NCBI GenBank assembly: GCA_944376695.1
Contig: CALWDM010000005.1
Coordinates: forward strand, 5,293 to 69,292
DNA: 64,000 bases
Direction of reading: 5' to 3'
Source: an uncultured Mediterraneibacter sp.
GTDB lineage: Bacteria; Bacillota; Clostridia; Lachnospirales; Lachnospiraceae
The notes beneath the pieces were generated by a model. The model saw only the letters and a list, made by a program, of their open reading frames with translations, had not been told where the DNA came from and searched no databases. Of the stretch, positions 57,754 to 64,000 are shown piece after piece. Both the position numbers and the translations under genes were made by a program. Positions within the stretch are counted from its first letter, which is position 1, and each line of letters opens with the position of its first letter.

Positions 57754-58113
57754 ATGTGTTTTTATATTGGAATTGAAGATCTTGCGGCGAATGCTTTGAT
57801 AGAAGCGATGAAGAAGGTGGATAAAAGATTCCTGACATATAATGAAATCGAAAACTACGGTGCAGAGGTCGTCCAGATTCTTCAGGAAAATGGGGAGAAA
57901 GCGGTGCTGATCCTTTCACGCGATAATACGGATGCTCTTTTCAGAAATTATTCGGATTTCTTTGAGGAAAGGGAGATAGACGGTCAGAAAGGGGTCGCGC
58001 TCAGGCAGGAGAAGAACATCGAGGATCTTATCGTACACTTCAGAGGTTATCTGGCATTGGATGTTCTGATGGCCTTTATGAACTTACGGTCAGTAAACGC
58101 TTTAGGGATATAG
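57754..58113 (+). CDS. Hypothetical protein (119 aa), first gene of the inserted cassette
   Basis: GGAG RBS, ORF-track hit, stop 2 nt before the HD gene ATG; no family recognised. Confidence 0.75.
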   Translation: MCFYIGIEDLAANALIEAMKKVDKRFLTYNEIENYGAEVVQILQENGEKAVLILSRDNTDALFRNYSDFFEEREIDGQKGVALRQEKNIEDLIVHFRGYLALDVLMAFMNLRSVNALGI

Positions 58114-58115
58114 TT

Positions 58116-59747
58116 ATGAGAGAATTCAAGCGGATCAAGGATCCGATCTACGGCTATATTCAGATACCTGTAACATATATGACGGATATTGTCGATACAT
58201 CGGCATTTCAGAGATTGCGGAGAATATTACAGATGAGTTATTCTCCGCTTTATTCGTCTGCAGTACACAATCGGTTCGTGCATTCTATGGGCGTTTATTA
58301 TCTGGGAGAGCTAGCTTCGGAACAGCTGCTCAGAGAAATAGATAATAAGTTTGGATCTGGTCTGGCTCTGCAGGGTGTTGGGGAGACGTTTAAGCTTGCC
58401 TGTCTGCTTCACGATGTGGGGCATGCACCATTTTCCCATACCGGTGAGACATTTTATCTTGAAGATGGGCAGGATTTTTCGGGGCTTCATGCGATGTTGG
58501 CAGATGCTGTAGGCAGTGATACATTCAGAACGGACATTCCTGCAGATAAAAGTCAGGCAGCAGCTCCGCATGAGATTATGAGTGCAGTTATAGGGCTTGA
58601 TGAATATGCAGATTTTTTCCCTGACACAGACCAGAGAGAATTATTTGCAAGGTGTATCACCGGATACAAATACAGTGATCAGTCTTCTGTAGAGAATAAT
58701 ATAAAGAACTGTTTTATATCACTGCTGAATTCGAAAGTGATCGATGTGGACAAGCTTGACTATCTGATCCGGGATGCTTTTATTACCGGATTTGATACAG
58801 TTAATATTGATTTTGAACGTTTGCTGACCTCTATTACGATATCAAAAGTTGGCGGCCGTTATGAGATAACATATGGGAAAAATGCCATCAGTGTGATTGA
58901 AAATGTAGTGTATGCGCATGATGCCGAGAGAAAATGGATCCAGACACATCCGGTTGTGCTGTATGAAACTTACATACTCCAACACATTATTTCATATCTG
59001 AGCGGGAAAATTGATGGAGATGGCAGGAAGCTGTTTTCACGGGAGTCTTTAAGTGTAGAGGGTCAGATGTTTGATAATGGAGTGCATGTATCGCTTCTGT
59101 GCGATGATGATATCATATATCTGATGAAAAATGTTTTCCCGGGAGAACTGAACCGTGAATTTTTTGAAAGACGGGAGAGAAGACATCCCGTGTGGAAGTC
59201 GGAGGCAGAGTATAAAGTCTTTTTACTGGATCTGGCTAAAGGCGGATCTCTGCTGGAAGAATTTGAGAAGGCAATGAGCGCCACAGCAAAATATCTTGTG
59301 AAGAGTACAGATTCGTGGGTCATTGACAATGAGCTGATCGCAAAGCTGGAAGCTGAACGTCAACGCGCGGACGAGACAGATATGGATGCGATGACAAAAG
59401 AAGTCCAGATGAAGGATAAAGACAGGATCCTGAAAGTGATGCATGCATTGCAAAACTATGCAGATGAAAAGAAATTTCCCTGTAATTTTGTCGTTTTGAT
59501 GGCATCACAGTTCGGTAGCGGATTTGGCAAGGTAGATTTTGCTGAAACTAAGATTGCATTTCACACAAAAGACGGAGAAAAAATAGATAAATTCAGTGAG
59601 ATTGTTTCATCCTTTGAAGCAAAAAAGAAAGAACGTGAGAACTTCTTTTATCTGTTTTATAAACGTGATCCGGATGCGGATGTTAATGAGATAGATATTG
59701 ATAATCAGGAAATATGCCGGAGACTGTTTCAGAAAGTTGTATTTTAA
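58116..59747 (+). CDS. HD-domain phosphohydrolase, SAMHD1/dNTP triphosphohydrolase-like
   Basis: KDPIYGYI, FQRLRRILQ, HNRFVHSMGV, LLHDVGHAPFSH, DVDKLDYLIRD. Confidence 0.9.
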   Translation: MREFKRIKDPIYGYIQIPVTYMTDIVDTSAFQRLRRILQMSYSPLYSSAVHNRFVHSMGVYYLGELASEQLLREIDNKFGSGLALQGVGETFKLACLLHDVGHAPFSHTGETFYLEDGQDFSGLHAMLADAVGSDTFRTDIPADKSQAAAPHEIMSAVIGLDEYADFFPDTDQRELFARCITGYKYSDQSSVENNIKNCFISLLNSKVIDVDKLDYLIRDAFITGFDTVNIDFERLLTSITISKVGGRYEITYGKNAISVIENVVYAHDAERKWIQTHPVVLYETYILQHIISYLSGKIDGDGRKLFSRESLSVEGQMFDNGVHVSLLCDDDIIYLMKNVFPGELNREFFERRERRHPVWKSEAEYKVFLLDLAKGGSLLEEFEKAMSATAKYLVKSTDSWVIDNELIAKLEAERQRADETDMDAMTKEVQMKDKDRILKVMHALQNYADEKKFPCNFVVLMASQFGSGFGKVDFAETKIAFHTKDGEKIDKFSEIVSSFEAKKKERENFFYLFYKRDPDADVNEIDIDNQEICRRLFQKVVF

Positions 59748-59759
59748 AGGAGGCCGAAG

Positions 59760-60980
59760 ATGAAGATATTAGTGACCGGAGCGAAAGGCTTTGTAGGGAA
59801 GAACCTTGTAGCATCTTTAAAGAATATACGTGACGGCAAGGACCGTGTTCACAAGATCAGAGGACTTGAAGAGCCCTCTGGTCTTGTTGTTTATGAGTAT
59901 GATATTGATTCGAAGCCTGAGGAGCTGGATGCGTACTGCAGTGATGCGGATTTTGTATTTAATCTTGCCGGGGTGAACCGGCCGAAGGACCCGGAAGAGT
60001 TCATGAAGGGAAATTTCGGGTTCGGCTCCCTTCTGCTGGATACTCTGAAGAAGCACGGCAATAAGGCGCCGGTCATGCTTTCCAGCAGCATCCAGGCAAG
60101 TCTTGAGGGACGTTACGCGGGAAGCGAGTACGGGAAGAGCAAACTGGCAGGCGAGGAGCTGCTCCGAGAGTACAGTGGGGAGACCGGTGCGAAAGTGCTG
60201 ATCTACCGCTTCCCGAATCTGTTCGGCAAATGGTGCCGTCCGAACTATAATTCTGCGGTGGCCACATTCAGCAATAATATAGCCAATGACCTGCCGATCC
60301 AGGTTAATGACCGGAGCACAGAACTGGAGCTTCTTTATATCGATGATCTGATTGAGGAGATGCTACTGGCGCTGAACGGGGAGGAGCATCGCTTCGTACA
60401 GAAGACGGAGGAAGGAGCAGAGAAGGAGTTCTGCATCTGTCCGGTGACGTTTCATGTGACGCTCGGGCAGATCGTGGATCTGCTGTATTCCTTTAAGGAG
60501 AGCCGAAATGATCTGTCTGTGCCCGATATGAGCGATGGATTTACGAAGCGGTTATATGCCAATTATCTTTCCTATCTACCGGCGGACGGATTTTCTTATA
60601 AGCTGAAGATGAACCGGGATGACCGGGGAAGCTTTACCGAGATCCTGCGGACGGCGGACCGGGGGCAGGTGTCTGTGAATATCAGCAAGCCCGGCATTAC
60701 GAAAGGCCAGCACTGGCACCATACGAAGAACGAGAAGTTCGTGGTTGTGTCGGGAAGAGGCCTGATCCAGCTCCGGAAGATTGGCGTCGATGAGAATGGA
60801 GAGCCCTATCCGGTTGTGGATTATGAAGTGAGCGGGGATGAGATCACGGTAGTGGAGATGATCCCCGGATATACGCACAATATTATCAATCTTTCGGATA
60901 CGGAGGATTTGGTGACAGTTATGTGGGCCAATGAGCCCTTCGATCCGGAGCATCCGGATACATTCGGCGAGCCGGTGTGA
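59760..60980 (+). CDS. fnlB: UDP-sugar epimerase/reductase with cupin domain (FnlB/CapF)
   Basis: ILVTGAKGFVG, NLAGVNRP, FGKWCRPNYNS, DDRGSFTE, GQHWHHTK. Confidence 0.92.
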   Translation: MKILVTGAKGFVGKNLVASLKNIRDGKDRVHKIRGLEEPSGLVVYEYDIDSKPEELDAYCSDADFVFNLAGVNRPKDPEEFMKGNFGFGSLLLDTLKKHGNKAPVMLSSSIQASLEGRYAGSEYGKSKLAGEELLREYSGETGAKVLIYRFPNLFGKWCRPNYNSAVATFSNNIANDLPIQVNDRSTELELLYIDDLIEEMLLALNGEEHRFVQKTEEGAEKEFCICPVTFHVTLGQIVDLLYSFKESRNDLSVPDMSDGFTKRLYANYLSYLPADGFSYKLKMNRDDRGSFTEILRTADRGQVSVNISKPGITKGQHWHHTKNEKFVVVSGRGLIQLRKIGVDENGEPYPVVDYEVSGDEITVVEMIPGYTHNIINLSDTEDLVTVMWANEPFDPEHPDTFGEPV

Positions 60981-61048
60981 CGCATTTGGACATGCCGGAG
61001 ATGACTATCAGGGAGAAATTTTGCAGTAAGGAGCGCAAAACAGATATT

Positions 61049-62227
61049 ATGAGAACAGACTACAGTGATATTTCATTTAAGGAAAACGGGAAACTGAAGC
61101 TTCTGATTATCGTGGGAACTCGGCCGGAGATCATCCGTCTGGGAGCAGTGATCACGAAATGCAGGAAATATTTTGATACGGTTCTTGCCCATACGGGCCA
61201 AAACTATGATTACAACTTAAATGGTGTATTCTTTAAGGATCTGAAGCTTGACGATCCGGAGGTGTACATGGATGCGGTGGGAGATGATCTCGGCGCGACG
61301 ATCGGCAATATCATCAATGCGTCCTATAAGCTGATGACGCAGATTAAACCTGATGCGCTGCTGATCCTGGGGGATACCAATTCATGTCTTTCTGCGATCG
61401 CAGCGAAGCGCCTGCATATCCCGATCTTCCATATGGAAGCGGGCAACCGGTGCAAGGATGAGTGTCTGCCGGAGGAGACGAACCGCAGGATCGTGGATAT
61501 CATTTCCGATGTGAATCTGGCCTACTCCGAGCATGCCCGCAAATATCTCCATGAATGCGGACTGCCGAAAGAGCGTGTCTATGTGACAGGCAGTCCGATG
61601 GCGGAAGTGCTCCATCAGAATTTGGCGGAGATCAAGAAATCAGATGTGCTGGAAAAGCTGGGACTGGAATCCGGCAAGTATATTCTTCTGTCCGCACACC
61701 GGGAGGAGAATATTGACACAGAGAAGAATTTCCTCTCATTGTTTACGGCGATCAATAAGCTGGCGGAGAAGTATGACATGCCCATCCTCTACTCTTGCCA
61801 TCCGCGTTCCAGGAAGCGTCTGGAAGGGTCCGGTTTCTGTCTGGATCCGCGGGTCGTACAGCATGAACCGCTTGGCTTCCATGACTACAATCATCTGCAG
61901 ATGAATGCGTTTGCGGTTGTATCCGATTCCGGGACGCTGCCGGAGGAGAGCTCTTTCTTTACGTCTATCGGGTATCCGTTCCCGGCTGTGTGCATCCGTA
62001 CTTCCACGGAGCGTCCGGAAGCGCTTGACAAGGCATGCTTCGTTCTGGCCGGGATTGATGAGAAATCCCTGCTGCAGGCGGTGGATACAGCGGTGGAAAT
62101 GAACCAGAGCGGGGATTATGGCATCCCGGTACCGGATTATGTAGAAGAAAATGTGAGTACTAAAGTTGTGAAGATTATCCAGAGCTATACAGGGGTAGTC
62201 AACAAGATGGTCTGGAGAAAATTCTAG
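61049..62227 (+). CDS. fnlC: UDP-N-acetylhexosamine 2-epimerase (FnlC/CapG, WecB-like)
   Basis: GTRPEIIRL, HTGQNYD, LGDTNS, HMEAGNR, DSGTLPEES, TERPEA. Confidence 0.9.
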   Translation: MRTDYSDISFKENGKLKLLIIVGTRPEIIRLGAVITKCRKYFDTVLAHTGQNYDYNLNGVFFKDLKLDDPEVYMDAVGDDLGATIGNIINASYKLMTQIKPDALLILGDTNSCLSAIAAKRLHIPIFHMEAGNRCKDECLPEETNRRIVDIISDVNLAYSEHARKYLHECGLPKERVYVTGSPMAEVLHQNLAEIKKSDVLEKLGLESGKYILLSAHREENIDTEKNFLSLFTAINKLAEKYDMPILYSCHPRSRKRLEGSGFCLDPRVVQHEPLGFHDYNHLQMNAFAVVSDSGTLPEESSFFTSIGYPFPAVCIRTSTERPEALDKACFVLAGIDEKSLLQAVDTAVEMNQSGDYGIPVPDYVEENVSTKVVKIIQSYTGVVNKMVWRKF

Positions 62228-62232
62228 GATAT

Positions 62233-62799
62233 ATGAGCATGAGGACAGAAGCAGTAGTCTTAAAACCGACCGGAAACGCTCTTATTGACGCTGGGTTTAT
62301 GATCCCGTAGGATGTGGACTGGCAGGCGGTCTATGAAGAGAGTAATAAGCAGGCAGTGACGGTTCGTCTCTGCGGTGCAAAACAGATGGAGGGACTAGAT
62401 TCCGAAGTGCAAAACCGATGGGAGAAAGATGTGGCTGCTGTCGCGTTCCACAACTACAGAGTTCCATTTTCCATCAGAACCTGCATCAGGTGATGGAAGG
62501 GGCAGAAGGGCAGAGTCTACGAGACATATCTGATTTCCAGTCGCGGCAAAGACGGAATTGGCAAGAGAAGTATGCCCCTGCAGGTTGTTAAATCCGTCAA
62601 TGAGATGGTGTATACACACTGGCTCCTTACAAAACGCGTGAAGACCCTGCTTCCGGTCGGCTGGGCATATTATTGCACCCGGTATCAGGTCTGGATCGCG
62701 ATGGGAAAACGGGCACCGTTGCATCTCAGGGAGCTTGAAGAATGTGCGAGAGAGCGGAGAAGCGTGTACGAAAGGTTTGGATTGCACGAGATAGGTTAA
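62233..62799 (+). pseudogene. Degraded gene with two in-frame stops (possibly a nucleotidyltransferase-family N-terminus)
   Basis: One frame reads MSMRTEAV...MIP*DVDWQAVYEESNKQAV...CIR*WKG...MPLQVV...HEIG*. Confidence 0.4.
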
Positions 62800-62825
62800 G
62801 TTAAAAAAGCATAGGAGAATAAGTG

Positions 62826-64000
62826 ATGAGCCCCGTGAGAGAATTAAATGAGCATGAACGCAGGATCAAAGAGATATTTCGCAATATTTACCGCACTCAA
62901 GTCTGGGTCAGTATTGAGGAACTGGAAGATATCCGAACACCGCAAGAACTGGAAGAACGTCGGATGGTTGCAAAGTTGAATGTAATGACGATGGATATGC
63001 TGGAATATGATGAATCATATTTCAGGGAAGATTCTGATCAGAGACCAGCGGGGTACCGGCCGTATTTTTATAGCTATCTGATTTATATGGATGCTCAGTC
63101 AGATCACCGGAAATTGGTAAAATTAAGAGAAATGGGAACTCGCTGGTTTATTGCTGAATTTCGTAGACGTTATTCGGAAGGCTGGGATGAGTATGAGGGA
63201 ACTGTAGAGAGCAGCGCCAGTCCGGTGATTTTTAGAGACCGCAAAATATACATATCTGATACTACTTTAAATCCGGCAATACTTCGTAGGATCCATGCAG
63301 GTTATCCGGTGGCAAAAGCGTCTGACGATAAGGTCGCAGGAGAACACTTGAAGATTTTACTGGAAGATGTACATTTCACATCGACACGGATATATAATGT
63401 CGGAAATGGGAATCTGATATGTCTGTCAGGAAACCGCTTAAGAAATTGCTTGGGAAATCGCTTGGGAAATCTGCCAGGAGATTCATTTAAAATGATGTTT
63501 GACGTAGGGTATCATCAAAGGTCACATCCTGGCGGCAGCAGAACGAAATATGGGGCGGCTGTCAGAAGTTTTAAAAAAGTTAATCCAGATGCGGTAGTAT
63601 TGTCCCACTGGGATAACGATCATATTATGGGATGTGTTTATGCTCCAAAAGAATTATTTGAATGTCCCTGGATCGCACCGGAAATTGTTAAGAAAAATGC
63701 GGTCGGCGCAAAACGGTTGGCGGCATATCTGACAGTGAAAGATAAACTGACAATTGTACGGAGAGATTCTGTGGAGCGGAAGCTGGTTGAGATAAAAAAC
63801 CCGGATTCTGAGATAACATTTTATGTTGGAGCAAATAAGCAATATATTTTATCAAAGGAAAATTGTGGTGGTATTCTGATCGAGATTAAAAACCGGAAGA
63901 ATGGGAAATGGACAGAAAGTCTGTTTTCTGGAGACGCTCCGTACAAAGCGGTAGAAAACGTGATATGGGATCCCAGAACTGAAGGGTATGATAATCTGAT
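62826..64000 (+). CDS. MBL-fold metallo-hydrolase (ComEC/Rec2-like), partial, runs off the window end
   Basis: Manual translation open from ATG 62826 to the window end; RIYNVGNG, MMFDVG, VVLSHWDNDHIMG, LFSGD motifs; absent from the ORF track. Confidence 0.8.
   Translation, partial: MSPVRELNEHERRIKEIFRNIYRTQVWVSIEELEDIRTPQELEERRMVAKLNVMTMDMLEYDESYFREDSDQRPAGYRPYFYSYLIYMDAQSDHRKLVKLREMGTRWFIAEFRRRYSEGWDEYEGTVESSASPVIFRDRKIYISDTTLNPAILRRIHAGYPVAKASDDKVAGEHLKILLEDVHFTSTRIYNVGNGNLICLSGNRLRNCLGNRLGNLPGDSFKMMFDVGYHQRSHPGGSRTKYGAAVRSFKKVNPDAVVLSHWDNDHIMGCVYAPKELFECPWIAPEIVKKNAVGAKRLAAYLTVKDKLTIVRRDSVERKLVEIKNPDSEITFYVGANKQYILSKENCGGILIEIKNRKNGKWTESLFSGDAPYKAVENVIWDPRTEGYDNL

Noticed and set aside
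63430-63471. Imperfect 3 x 12-bp repeat (GNRL RNCL GNRL) in the MBL ORF
   Set aside because: Short in-frame coding duplication with no spacers; not a CRISPR array
1-64000. tRNA/rRNA genes, CRISPR arrays, intact IS/transposase or integrase, BMC shell genes
   Set aside because: None recognised by eye; tRNAscan, Infernal and ISEScan would be needed to exclude them formally

Overview
64-kb window from a Clostridia/Lachnospiraceae-like genome (taxonomy inferred from gene content and style). From left to right it contains: the 3' end of a histidine kinase, brnQ and pyk; a LacI-controlled lactonase / sugar-ABC / rbsD cluster whose binding-protein gene carries an in-frame TAG; a minus-strand B12-dependent diol/glycerol dehydratase operon (pduCDE-GH-O) with no microcompartment shell genes; yaaA, maf and a YgjP-type protein; an Xre repressor followed by a probable type I toxin-antitoxin pair; a two-component system; a polyamine operon (speA, speE, speB, CASDH, nspC) behind a structured leader RNA; and a capsule/EPS locus from about 30.4 to 62.2 kb. 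The capsule locus carries cpsBCD, LCP, sortase B with an SPKTG substrate, capD, a LoaP-type antiterminator, an AT-rich variable block with amino-acid tailoring enzymes and several poly-G tracts, wzy/wzx, ugd and fnlABC. The most notable item is a two-gene cassette with its own promoter (119-aa unknown protein plus SAMHD1-like HD dNTPase) inserted between fnlA and fnlB, a candidate undescribed anti-phage system. An unannotated MBL-fold ORF runs off the right end. No tRNA, rRNA, CRISPR array or intact IS/integrase was recognised. All assignments come from motif recognition by eye; no database searches were run.
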